From an uncultured Nitrosomonas sp. (GTDB lineage: Bacteria > Pseudomonadota > Gammaproteobacteria > Burkholderiales > Nitrosomonadaceae), in the NCBI GenBank assembly GCA_964401225.1, contig CAYNXU010000001.1:1218-36780 (forward strand): a DNA stretch of 35,563 nucleotides, in the 5' to 3' direction. This document shows positions 10,289 through 19,883 of this stretch, in pieces. Each line of letters opens with the position of its first letter. The stretch's first letter is position 1. The notes under the pieces are model-generated. The model searched no databases. It was not told where the DNA came from and worked only from the letters and a program-made list of their open reading frames with translations. A program made the translations under genes and the position numbers.

Positions 10289-10600
10289 ATATTCACTCCT
10301 TTAAATTTTCAGTGTTTGACATAACCATCTGATCAATAAAGATTGATTTAATGGCTGCGAATACTAGCAACAAAATAATTTAGAAATTAATGCAATAAAA
10401 AGAAACACATTGTAGAAAATTAATTGAAATTATTCTTTTTAGTTATCAATTTGAGCCATCCAAATAAATTAAGTTCAAATATTCTCTTTTTCTTTTAAAT
10501 TCAGAAAGTAAATATTAATACTTTTTCTTATTATCTCAGATACATAACAATTTATGAGCTTATTGATGATGCAAGATATACCGAGAAGGACATAGCTTTC

Positions 10601-10649
10601 TAACGAGTAAGGTTAGATCGTGCTAGCCACGACCTAACCTTACTCGTTA
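10601..10649 (-). other. 22-bp RNA hairpin
   Basis: TAACGAGTAAGGTTAG-A-TCGTG / CACGA-C-CTAACCTTACTCGTTA. The single A-C mismatch becomes a G-U pair on the minus strand. Confidence 0.75.
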
Positions 10650-10662
10650 TCTATTACACCCC

Positions 10663-10699
10663 ATAAAATAAAATACCCCGCAGTAAGCTGCGGGGTATT
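10663..10699 (-). terminator. Probable terminator of the DAB/CA operon (hairpin possibly derived from an IS200/IS605-type end)
   Basis: 12-bp stem AATACCCCGCAG/CTGCGGGGTATT with a 4-nt loop, followed by TTATTTTAT on the minus strand; 110 nt after the CA stop. Confidence 0.7.
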
Positions 10700-10809
10700 A
10701 TAACCACGTTCTTTAATCGGCTGTTTTTCAACGAGCCTTAGCCCCAAGGAGGGGGAAATTGAAAACTCAGAGATAAAAGCAATCCTAATAAATGAGTATT
10801 AGATACAAG

Positions 10810-11889
10810 TTAAGCAGTTTTTATCTTCTTGGTAGGTACTGCATCAATGCGCTCTATTACTTCAAATTTCCTGGTATCCAAATCGGTGAAGCCAGTAAGG
10901 ATATGTAAACGTGGTACTAAATCTGGGACTTTTTCTTTAATGATATCAAGCGCAAATTTACTTAAAAACAACGCCTTTTCTTTAGCCAGATGATATTCTG
11001 GGCCACCCTCATCTCTGAAGGCAGCAGAAGTCATCAGCACGATACCATTTGGATCAACCCTGCCTTCGTCAATATTTCCTTTGAGGAGTTTTGCAGCAGT
11101 TTCAATAGCAACCGATAGATTGGGATCAAAAGGACCGACGATAAATGCTGTATTGATCAAATGTAACCAGTCAAATCCACGTCCCACACCTAACACCCAT
11201 TCCTTATGTTCAGCATGCTCTATTGGACGATTGGAAGAACGGATTTCCGCAATATGTCTAATATTACCGCGAACTAATGGGATCATATCGCGTACTATTC
11301 TTTCAGGCATAGACGGATACAATGAATATAACATTTCCTCAAGCTCGATCTGAGATGACTGCTTAATTTTTGCCAAATCAACCGAAGAACGATCATCTTC
11401 ACCATGTAAAATAAGTGCATCCAAATCTGTCTCAATTCCACAAACGATCGGCACTACCGCGTTTCTACCATATACACGTATAAATTGGTCTTTCAATTTA
11501 ATCGCCGCAGCTCTGGCAGCATCTGTATCGTAATGAAATCCTCTACAGCCACGATGAGAATCACCTCTAGCATAGTGGTAGGTTACAAATACCAGACAGT
11601 GTCTACCACGACTAATAGAATATTGGACCCATTGATCAATAATTACCTGAAAAAAAGGCCAGCCTAAATCAAATTTTCCGCCAAGATTACGAAAAGGTTG
11701 AATAATTCCTAGCGCAGTCTGTGTCATGACGGGTAAATGCAATCTTCCATCCATACATTTAAGTGCAGCAATTTCAGTAGGATGCTCCCCACGGTATCTG
11801 CGCCGTTCAGATGCCAAATCCATAAAAGCTTGAGCATGGCGCGTATTTATCTCAAGCAAGTAGTCGATACCCGTATTTGAATTACTCAT
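10810..11889 (-). CDS. CsoSCA-like (beta-class) carbonic anhydrase lacking the carboxysome N-terminal domain
   Basis: KCMDGRL (Cys ligand plus Asp-Arg dyad) and VTYHYARGDSHRGC (His-x9-Cys, the long spacing typical of CsoSCA rather than HxxC). Also CGIETDLDALILH, H.E...VGRGFDWLH and IVGPF, all resembling CsoSCA blocks. Confidence 0.8.
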   Translation of the reverse strand: MSNSNTGIDYLLEINTRHAQAFMDLASERRRYRGEHPTEIAALKCMDGRLHLPVMTQTALGIIQPFRNLGGKFDLGWPFFQVIIDQWVQYSISRGRHCLVFVTYHYARGDSHRGCRGFHYDTDAARAAAIKLKDQFIRVYGRNAVVPIVCGIETDLDALILHGEDDRSSVDLAKIKQSSQIELEEMLYSLYPSMPERIVRDMIPLVRGNIRHIAEIRSSNRPIEHAEHKEWVLGVGRGFDWLHLINTAFIVGPFDPNLSVAIETAAKLLKGNIDEGRVDPNGIVLMTSAAFRDEGGPEYHLAKEKALFLSKFALDIIKEKVPDLVPRLHILTGFTDLDTRKFEVIERIDAVPTKKIKTA

Positions 11890-11922
11890 TTAATCTCTCC
11901 ACTCTTAAAATAAAATTAGAAA

Positions 11923-13428
11923 TCAAGGTGCATATGTAGATAATCTTGACAACCATGCCTCTGAGGCTACTTGATTGATATTCAATATAGTATCAGGAAA
12001 AAAACCAAATGCGAGAATTAAAAAGGCTGGTATACATAGCAAAACAAGTTCACGCGTTTGCAAGTCATGGGTTCTGCTAACCGCTACGTGAACAACGGGG
12101 CCAAAGAATGCACGGCGAGTAAACGATAGCATATAGGCAGCGCCAAGAATTGCGCCAGCCAAGGCCGCTGCACCCAAACCCGCATGGGAAGTCAATGCTC
12201 CAATGATCATTAATAGCTCAGCTGGAAAACCACTGGTTCCTGGAACGCCAAAACTTGCAAGAGCAAATAAAAAATAGAAGAAAGCAAGACGCGGCGTTAT
12301 ACTCGCCAGTCCTCCCAAATGAATGGCTTCTGTACTGCCGAGTCGATGGTGAATAAATCCAGCAATTAACATGAGAGAACTTGCGATAAGCGAGAAATTA
12401 AGCAATTGAAAAATAGCCCCCTGGATGCCTTGCATATTGAGTGAAGCAATGGCCACCATAACCATACCGACATGACTTACGCTCGCATACGCGAGTAAGC
12501 GACGTAAATTTGTCTGTTGCAATGCAATTAATCCACCATAAATAAGAGTGGCAGCGCCAAAAACACTTAATATCCAACTAAATTCAACAGCTGCGACAGG
12601 GGCTAATGGCATAGTAAAACGTAAAATCCCATAAACACCCAGTTTCAACCCTGTCAGAAGGGCGGCAATATGGGTTGGCCCCTCCATTGCGGCAGTGGGA
12701 AGCCAAGTGTGAAACGGTACGAGTGGTGCCTTTACAGCAAAACCAAACAACAGCAACAAAAAAACCAGTGTTTGCAAATCATCTGGTAAAGGCACTTCAA
12801 GCAACACCGGTAAGCTAAATGCCAAATCCTGAGGAATGTCACCATTTATATGAATCGCATGATTTGCTGATAAAATAATAATCGCCAATAGCAACGATAC
12901 ACCTCCAGCCAACATGAATAAGGTGTATTTCATGGCTGCCCCACGTCGCTGAGAGCCAATTCCCCACAGCCCAATTAGAAAGAAGAATGGGGGTAACGTC
13001 AGCTCCCAGAATAAAAAGAACAGCACCATATCCAACGCACAAAAAACGCCAGCAGTTGCCCCTTGCAAGGCGAGTAACAATGAGAAATGAAACCGGGCAC
13101 TATTACTTACAGAATTCCAAGAAGCAAGCATTGCAATAATGGTGAGCAATGCAGAAGCAGGTAAGAACAATATTGAAATTCCATCGATACCTAGCAAATA
13201 TTCAACATTCAGTAATGAAATCCAGGACAATTTCTCACTCAATTGAAAGCCGCTTACAGATGAGTCGAATAATTGCAATGCAATTAATGTTAAAAACAAT
13301 TCAAAAATTGCAAAAGTTAAAGCAATTATTTTGGCAAGATGAATGTCACGCGTTACTCCAGTGACTAGCCCCCCCGCAAAAGGTAGCAGGATAATGAGGC
13401 TCAATAATGGAAAATTTGCTTCGCTCAT
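11923..13428 (-). CDS. NuoM/ND4/MrpD-like antiporter-type membrane subunit #3
   Basis: FLFWE (TM5 Glu), FAVKAPLVPFHTWLP (TM7 Lys), GLKLGVYG (TM8 Lys), RRLLAYASVSHVG, PGTSGFPAE (TM12 Glu). Confidence 0.92.
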   Translation of the reverse strand: MSEANFPLLSLIILLPFAGGLVTGVTRDIHLAKIIALTFAIFELFLTLIALQLFDSSVSGFQLSEKLSWISLLNVEYLLGIDGISILFLPASALLTIIAMLASWNSVSNSARFHFSLLLALQGATAGVFCALDMVLFFLFWELTLPPFFFLIGLWGIGSQRRGAAMKYTLFMLAGGVSLLLAIIILSANHAIHINGDIPQDLAFSLPVLLEVPLPDDLQTLVFLLLLFGFAVKAPLVPFHTWLPTAAMEGPTHIAALLTGLKLGVYGILRFTMPLAPVAAVEFSWILSVFGAATLIYGGLIALQQTNLRRLLAYASVSHVGMVMVAIASLNMQGIQGAIFQLLNFSLIASSLMLIAGFIHHRLGSTEAIHLGGLASITPRLAFFYFLFALASFGVPGTSGFPAELLMIIGALTSHAGLGAAALAGAILGAAYMLSFTRRAFFGPVVHVAVSRTHDLQTRELVLLCIPAFLILAFGFFPDTILNINQVASEAWLSRLSTYAP

Positions 13429-15012
13429 TTATTTATCCTTTGTATCACTTGGCGCAGTAATTGATTCTGTATGATGTACATCGTAGGAAGAAGAATGAAA
13501 TTTACTATCAGTACTAATATTCTGATCAATCATATCTATCCAAGGGGCTGTATTAAAACCGATTCCAATAAGTAAAGAACAAATCGCAATTGCAATAATT
13601 CTTTCATTCTGAGGAGAAGGTTCTGAGCCCGCATGAAAAATAAATTCAGAGACTTTCTGCGAGCGCTTGGGTGCGGCAATAAATATTTGTTGAAACGCAC
13701 GAAGAAGCAAAGCTGCCGTTAGTACGTTACCGATGAGTATCGCAATTGAAACTATCCAACCATATCTTTTGATGGTGCCTTCTATAAGTAGATGGGCGCC
13801 GTCAAAACCAGGTGTTCCCGGCATTACCATGGTACTCAACGCACTGACGACAAATAAGAAAGCAATGGCTACATTGACCTCGAACATGCCACCTAGCCTT
13901 GGAATGCTGGCTGTATGTGTTCGTTTATAAATCATACCAGTACTTAGCAATAACCCAGCCGTGGCAAGGCCGAAGGCAATGGAAAGCAATATGCTGCCTT
14001 CCAACCCGTACAAATTAAAATCAAAAACACCGATAATCAACATTCCAGTGTGGCTAATCACAGCATATGCAATGAGGCGGCGTATATTAATTTGCATGAG
14101 TGCTAGCAAAGCCCCATAAAAAATACCAATTATTCCAAGCATTAATACAAACCAACTCCATTGTTCAGCAATCTCTGACAGAGTTGGCAAAATAAAACGG
14201 ATAACGCCATAAATCCCAATCTTTAGCCCCACAATGTAAATGGTTGCACTTGCAACAGTTCCTTGTTCAGCTAACACGGGTAGCCAACCATGAAATGGAA
14301 ATAAGGGCATTCGAATGGCAAAACCAAAAAATAAGAGAAAAAAGATTAATGTGCCGTATTCCAACGTCGCATTATTCTCTTTCAAGACTAACCACTCAAA
14401 GCTCAAGATATCCCCTGAACCCATAACCCCAAAAGCAAGCAGGAGAAAGCCAATCAGCGTCATAAACAGACCGCTTCCCCAATGCTGTAGCAGTAATGCA
14501 ACCACCCAACGTCTATTATGTCCAGACCCTGCACGGAGTGTCATCAGTGTGACTGGAATGAGTTCCATGAAACACCAGAACCAGAACTGCATAGCGTTCA
14601 TTGCAACGAAGGCACCCATCATAATGCCTTCATAACCAAGCAAACAGGCGATTTGAACCCGATCATTGACCCGACGTGTCGTTAGCAAATAAACAAGCGC
14701 TAATAAGGTCAAAATAGCCGTAAGCGCGATAAAAAGAATGTTTGCTCCGTCAACACCTACGCTATAAGTAAAGCTAATATTATGAGTTTGTTTAAATAAT
14801 TGGACACCATGCAAATCTGCATCAAAAACTGAAAGCAAATAACCACATAGCAATAAGGTAATAGTCGCGCCTAGGAAACCGATTTTTAGCGCTATTCTGG
14901 CTGAGGGTATCAACAAGACAATGCCCGCTGTAATCAACGGAATAAACGTGAGCATTGTCAGCAAAGGAAACCCCACTACTTCTGATCCTAGTGTGATGCT
15001 TTCTGTGTCCAT
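13429..15012 (-). CDS. NuoM-like antiporter-type membrane subunit #2 (divergent charged residues)
   Basis: CFME, FAIRMPLFPFHGWLP, GLKIGIYG, RRLIAYAVISHTG, PGTPGFDGAH. Start at ATG 15012 with an AAGGTGA RBS overlapping the upstream stop. Confidence 0.9.
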   Translation of the reverse strand: MDTESITLGSEVVGFPLLTMLTFIPLITAGIVLLIPSARIALKIGFLGATITLLLCGYLLSVFDADLHGVQLFKQTHNISFTYSVGVDGANILFIALTAILTLLALVYLLTTRRVNDRVQIACLLGYEGIMMGAFVAMNAMQFWFWCFMELIPVTLMTLRAGSGHNRRWVVALLLQHWGSGLFMTLIGFLLLAFGVMGSGDILSFEWLVLKENNATLEYGTLIFFLLFFGFAIRMPLFPFHGWLPVLAEQGTVASATIYIVGLKIGIYGVIRFILPTLSEIAEQWSWFVLMLGIIGIFYGALLALMQINIRRLIAYAVISHTGMLIIGVFDFNLYGLEGSILLSIAFGLATAGLLLSTGMIYKRTHTASIPRLGGMFEVNVAIAFLFVVSALSTMVMPGTPGFDGAHLLIEGTIKRYGWIVSIAILIGNVLTAALLLRAFQQIFIAAPKRSQKVSEFIFHAGSEPSPQNERIIAIAICSLLIGIGFNTAPWIDMIDQNISTDSKFHSSSYDVHHTESITAPSDTKDK

Positions 15013-15019
15013 TAAACTT

Positions 15020-16591
15020 TCACCTTGTAGCTGCAATCAGTAACACAATGAATACAAATGAAACCAAATAGCGTGGCTTCAATAATAAATGCTCAAAAGT
15101 ATTGGCTGCCCGTCCTAGCTTGTTTCCTATTTCGACGATATCCACACCAATGCCTTGCAATACGAGGCGTTCCTCAAACCAACCCAAGATATTGGCTGTC
15201 CATTCAAAGAGTTTACCCGCTATACCTTGACCATGACCAAACTGGCTAACGTTAAAATCAGGTTGAGTCTCAGCTAATACTTTTTCTTCAAGCTGGGCGA
15301 GAGATGAAATTGCACGAGAAGGTGAAGCTGGCGCACCCATCGCACGATCTATCACATAGGTATCGAAATGACTCAAATCTTGACCAAGCCCTTCTACCGG
15401 TCGAACTAATGTTCTATCAGCGATAGGATCCAGCCAAAAACGTTGCAATGAAGCTATATATAACCAGCGTAAATTTGCATAATCTCTTCCGATCGGTTTG
15501 ATCGGATTTCCCATCACGTTATGCATGAGAGAGGGCGCTGTTAATACTTGGTAGCAACGAACAATCGCATGCGCACAAAGATGCCATGTGGCCAACTCCC
15601 AATAACCCAAACCACATTCCAGAAACATGAGTCCTAATTGACCCGTTATTGAAAAACACAACGAGCTTTTCACATCGGTCTGAGTAAGCCCAACAGCAAA
15701 ACTATAAAGTGCCGTAAATAGACCAATTATGATCAGGATATCCATGACCAATGGAGCTCGTTCAAAAATCGGCTGCAACAAAATGATGAGAAAAATGCCT
15801 GCATGGATCATAACTGCTCCATAAAATATGGAACTGGATGGTGTTGGACCCTCCATAGCGCGAGCCAGCCAAGGAGTAAAAGGCAATTGTGCAGATTTAG
15901 CAAATGCAGCTACGGCAAAACAAAGCGCGATGACAGTTGCTGTAGGTATAGTCAATTGATCAACCATACCGTTCAATGTTTCCCAGTTAATTGTCCCAGC
16001 ATAATAAAAACTCAAACCGATTCCTAGGATAAAACCAGCGTCACCTATACGGTTGGTAACAAAAACACGGGTTGCATTAATTGTCGCAATTGGCCGATCA
16101 TATGCATAGCTAATAAGTAGATAAGAGCATAATCCCGCGATTTCCCATCCAATAAACGTACCCACAGCGTTTCCTGAAGAAACCAACAGTAACATTGCTG
16201 CAGAAAATAGACTCAATATAAAAAAGAAACGGTGAAACCCCGCTTCTCTATGCATATAATTGACGGAAAAGCGGGTAACGATAAATAGCAAGATTGCAAA
16301 TAATGCAGTGAGTATAGAGTTGAGGCCACCGGTAATAAAGGTTATGGAGATTCTAAAACGATCGCTTCCCAGCCAGTCTCCCAAGCTGATCGAACCTGCA
16401 TTTTTTCCCAACAAATCTGAAATTAGTAAAACGATAGCTAATATACACGATACCGAAATTGCTAAATTAGCAATGGTGGATGTGGTTTTCTCGCCTGCCT
16501 CACCAATGATTTGACCAAACAGATTGCCTGTACCGATGAAGAAGGCAGCCAACAGTGGAAGTAACGGAACAAGAACAACTAGAATATCCAT
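15020..16591 (-). CDS. dabB: NuoL/ND5-like membrane subunit (DabB/MpsA-like partner of DUF2309)
   Basis: YMHRE..FHRFF, FIGWEIAGLCSYLLI, TNRIGD, AKSAQLPFTPWLARAMEGPTP, HLCAHA; directly downstream of the DUF2309 gene. Confidence 0.88.
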   Translation of the reverse strand: MDILVVLVPLLPLLAAFFIGTGNLFGQIIGEAGEKTTSTIANLAISVSCILAIVLLISDLLGKNAGSISLGDWLGSDRFRISITFITGGLNSILTALFAILLFIVTRFSVNYMHREAGFHRFFFILSLFSAAMLLLVSSGNAVGTFIGWEIAGLCSYLLISYAYDRPIATINATRVFVTNRIGDAGFILGIGLSFYYAGTINWETLNGMVDQLTIPTATVIALCFAVAAFAKSAQLPFTPWLARAMEGPTPSSSIFYGAVMIHAGIFLIILLQPIFERAPLVMDILIIIGLFTALYSFAVGLTQTDVKSSLCFSITGQLGLMFLECGLGYWELATWHLCAHAIVRCYQVLTAPSLMHNVMGNPIKPIGRDYANLRWLYIASLQRFWLDPIADRTLVRPVEGLGQDLSHFDTYVIDRAMGAPASPSRAISSLAQLEEKVLAETQPDFNVSQFGHGQGIAGKLFEWTANILGWFEERLVLQGIGVDIVEIGNKLGRAANTFEHLLLKPRYLVSFVFIVLLIAATR

Positions 16592-16596
16592 CTGCG

Positions 16597-19500
16597 CTAT
16601 ACTCCTTGAAGTTCTGGCTGTTTTATCAATACAGGTGGAACCGGCAATGTTTTATCTCGATAACAATCCGGTGATTTTTCGAAGATTGGTAGATCGCTAA
16701 CTTCTCCATCCCAGCGTACAAAACCCACACCACGCTCAAAGAAGTGAATCGCCTCGCTATCCGGATCCTTAGTCGCAACCAGTATCCATCCTCCTCCTAT
16801 TAACTCCCTTAAACCAGGTTGCCTTTCATAGATTTGCCCGACAATCTCTGTTTTTGCTTCGATCAAAACTAACAGACGTACAGCCTCATGAATCTCGATC
16901 ATTTGTCTTGGTAAACCTGTTCGCAAATCACTACTCGTCCCCTCCATGATCCCAAAGAATCCAACTACGTTATGGGGAACCTTGGTACCGCAACCAAAGC
17001 GTTCATTGTTTACCGTTGAAAAGTAATATTCCAAATTGATTCCTGCCCCAACCGGACCGACAGCGAGCAATATTCCTTCCAGGATTTTGCCATCTGGATC
17101 TTGTGTAGGATCATAAGATATGAGAAATGCGCGGCGATCAAAAAATGCCCCTTGCGTAATAGAACGTCGTCCTACAATTGCCGAAGCATTGGTCGCATGA
17201 CCCAATTCGGGTCGTGCTTGTGAAAAATCGCGTGCGCGCTCCTCTATATGCACTAAAGCACGATCGGGTGTTGGATTTCGAGGAGCTGAGGCAAGTCGTC
17301 GGCACCGTTCGTGAGCAGACATCTTTTGAATTTGACGCAATTCTTGTTGTAATTTCTGCAAAGCGGGTATGCGTTCTGCAGGAACATCGTCAAGGTCATA
17401 CCAAATGATTTCTTCATTACAAGTGTTATGCTCAGTACCGATGAACCAAGTATTGGCGGGAATATCGATCCCACGTTCTGCCACTAGTTTTCGGATTTCA
17501 GGACGATTCGCCATTGCTGCGAATAAACGAGCATTGGGTCCTCCATGCCGTCCGCTGCATGCACCACAATCATAAGCAGCAAGATGAGGATTATTCTGGC
17601 TTATTGAACCATGCCCGACTAATAATACAAGCTCTGCAAATCCATAAGTCAGTCCGGTATTGCGTAAAAAAGCAGCAACCCGATCTGCTTGCTCATTATC
17701 TGTAAAACCCAACTTTGGCTTCTCTGGTGAAGCAATGGTTTCATTGTCGGTAGAAGTAAAGTTCAATCGAGTTTTGACATCAGGCGAGACACGCTTTCTT
17801 AACCAAGCCATCCAATTATTCTGTGTTTTAGGAATCACCGATTTGGTCAGTAAACCTGCTAAAGCAACAGGTGCAATCACATCAATGACTGGTTGAGCTA
17901 TGAGCAAATGACGACGCAATCCTTGGTGCAACCAGTTAGTTACCCATGCGATTATCTTGCGACCACTATTATGACTCGAGTATGCTTGCTCACTGCCAAT
18001 GCGCGGCACCTCCTGAACTTCGTGGGCAGGCGTGACGACAATAGGACATAAGGGTGTCACTTTGCTATCATCCAGTCCTTGGTAGTTCATAGGAACACCA
18101 AAGAAACCTGCAGCGCCTAAGGTTTCAATGTTAGGATTGAGCTCTTCCAGATGGCGCCGAAAGCTCTCTTCACGATCATCAATACAAAATACGAGTTGTG
18201 AGTCTGGGCGGGTATTACGCGTTGCCCAGCGACCACGATTATGATTAGCGCGTATCGCCTGAAAAAATGCTTCCCGATAATTACGTTCATAAGCGTAAAG
18301 CCAGATCTTGCAGCGCTCTTTCTCAGAAAATTCATCCAATACACTCAACATTTGGAGCAGATCTTTCTCTTGTATATCATGCACTTGCGATCCGGTTAAT
18401 CCCAAGTGCTGACATAGCCGGAACAATCGCCAACCACTATTGAATGCATGATGCTCTATGCTATTTTCAGACATTGGGCTGAACTGCCACGTCCACAACA
18501 GATCAGCTAGCTGTTGCCATTCGGTTTGATTATGTCGCTCAGAACCTGAACGAATAATGAGTGCTTTTGCCGGGTGAGTTAAATATTCAGGAAGCTCTCC
18601 TAAATACAATAATCTACGCACCGTGAATTCCGACAGATTTTTATTGAAATAATATTTTATTGCACCTAGTCTTGCTTCGATTCCCCAAGTGTCCCTGCAA
18701 GCCTGATTGAGCCAAAGCCTATTCAGTGTCAACCGAATAGCCAGATAATCTGCGAGCTTAGGTGCGGCATCGTTCACAGCTTGATATTTTGGATGATGCT
18801 GCCGCCAATTTATAATGCCAGACCAGCCAGGCAATTCTAAAGAGAGACGACGCAAGTACCCTTCCCATCTATCTTGTGGGATTTCCATTTGAGTTAATTG
18901 GGTAATGATACAATCAATCGGATCTTCAGGTATATCCGTGATAATTTGCTGCCAATCAGACAAATCGTGCAAAAAAGGGTTGATATCATATTTTGCTGCC
19001 GCACGCCAAGCAGCATACAGACCCAGTTTTTTACGTTCAGGTAATTGCCAGGGTGCAACGCCCTCATCCAAGGCAGAAGCGCAGATACGTATTATTTGAG
19101 GGCGAACCGAAAACAAAATATCGATGCCACTTAGTGCCATGATAAAGCCGCGCAAAGTCATGCCCTCACCAATCTGCGATAGCATCTCATCAAGCCTAGC
19201 GCTCGCTTCTTGTCTCATTCTTTGGTGTACCGACATCCCTGTTTTATCTAAACTACTGGCGGAAATTTTTTCCATCCATTTTTTGGCCTGCTCTATTGAT
19301 AAGTCAAGCATGTTTTCGGGATGCAAATCAGTCTCTTCTAAACCTAATTTGCTTAAAATACTTTCCCATAGCTGCCTAACTACTTGGTCTTGATTACCCC
19401 CTGATGCCAGTAGACGTTTACGAATTTCCTCCGGTACATCAGCTTGCACGGTATTGAGCGCCCCCAATTCTTCAATTTGCCAATTTAATTGGCTAACCGT

Positions 19501-19875
19501 AATGGGTTGCAGATCATATAGCAATGCAATCCGATAGATATCTTTCCTCTTGATCGTTAACTCATCAGACTGATAAATGATTTGGTCAGCTTGTAGCTTG
19601 GTATCCTTTGCAAGCTCGGCATCAATATCCTGATCATTTATTCGCCCTTGCCAATAAAAATTCCGACTTTGCGCCTCGGGAAGATAACCACTGATACCGG
19701 TTATTTTTTCACACTCAACTAACGCTTCTTCAAATGGCAAATGCTGATAACCATGCAAGGTATTGTGATGCACGAAATCAAGAATGGGTGCTTGTCCAGG
19801 TAGAATATGGTCAAGATGATCGAGCACTGTAACGATTTGCTCACGAACGCTGTTAAATTCCGTTTTCGGGTGCAT
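16597..19875 (-). CDS. dabA: DabA/MpsB (DUF2309) cytoplasmic subunit of an inorganic-carbon accumulating complex, beta-CA-like Zn site
   Basis: LPGQAPILDFVHHNTLH, LPGWSG, FCIDDREESFRRHLE (Cys, Asp), GHGS...NNPH..AYDCGAC (His, Cys), RPELGHATNA, INLEYYFS, DLRTGLP.QM. Confidence 0.95.
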   Translation of the reverse strand: MHPKTEFNSVREQIVTVLDHLDHILPGQAPILDFVHHNTLHGYQHLPFEEALVECEKITGISGYLPEAQSRNFYWQGRINDQDIDAELAKDTKLQADQIIYQSDELTIKRKDIYRIALLYDLQPITVSQLNWQIEELGALNTVQADVPEEIRKRLLASGGNQDQVVRQLWESILSKLGLEETDLHPENMLDLSIEQAKKWMEKISASSLDKTGMSVHQRMRQEASARLDEMLSQIGEGMTLRGFIMALSGIDILFSVRPQIIRICASALDEGVAPWQLPERKKLGLYAAWRAAAKYDINPFLHDLSDWQQIITDIPEDPIDCIITQLTQMEIPQDRWEGYLRRLSLELPGWSGIINWRQHHPKYQAVNDAAPKLADYLAIRLTLNRLWLNQACRDTWGIEARLGAIKYYFNKNLSEFTVRRLLYLGELPEYLTHPAKALIIRSGSERHNQTEWQQLADLLWTWQFSPMSENSIEHHAFNSGWRLFRLCQHLGLTGSQVHDIQEKDLLQMLSVLDEFSEKERCKIWLYAYERNYREAFFQAIRANHNRGRWATRNTRPDSQLVFCIDDREESFRRHLEELNPNIETLGAAGFFGVPMNYQGLDDSKVTPLCPIVVTPAHEVQEVPRIGSEQAYSSHNSGRKIIAWVTNWLHQGLRRHLLIAQPVIDVIAPVALAGLLTKSVIPKTQNNWMAWLRKRVSPDVKTRLNFTSTDNETIASPEKPKLGFTDNEQADRVAAFLRNTGLTYGFAELVLLVGHGSISQNNPHLAAYDCGACSGRHGGPNARLFAAMANRPEIRKLVAERGIDIPANTWFIGTEHNTCNEEIIWYDLDDVPAERIPALQKLQQELRQIQKMSAHERCRRLASAPRNPTPDRALVHIEERARDFSQARPELGHATNASAIVGRRSITQGAFFDRRAFLISYDPTQDPDGKILEGILLAVGPVGAGINLEYYFSTVNNERFGCGTKVPHNVVGFFGIMEGTSSDLRTGLPRQMIEIHEAVRLLVLIEAKTEIVGQIYERQPGLRELIGGGWILVATKDPDSEAIHFFERGVGFVRWDGEVSDLPIFEKSPDCYRDKTLPVPPVLIKQPELQGV

Positions 19876-19883
19876 GGCTAGTC

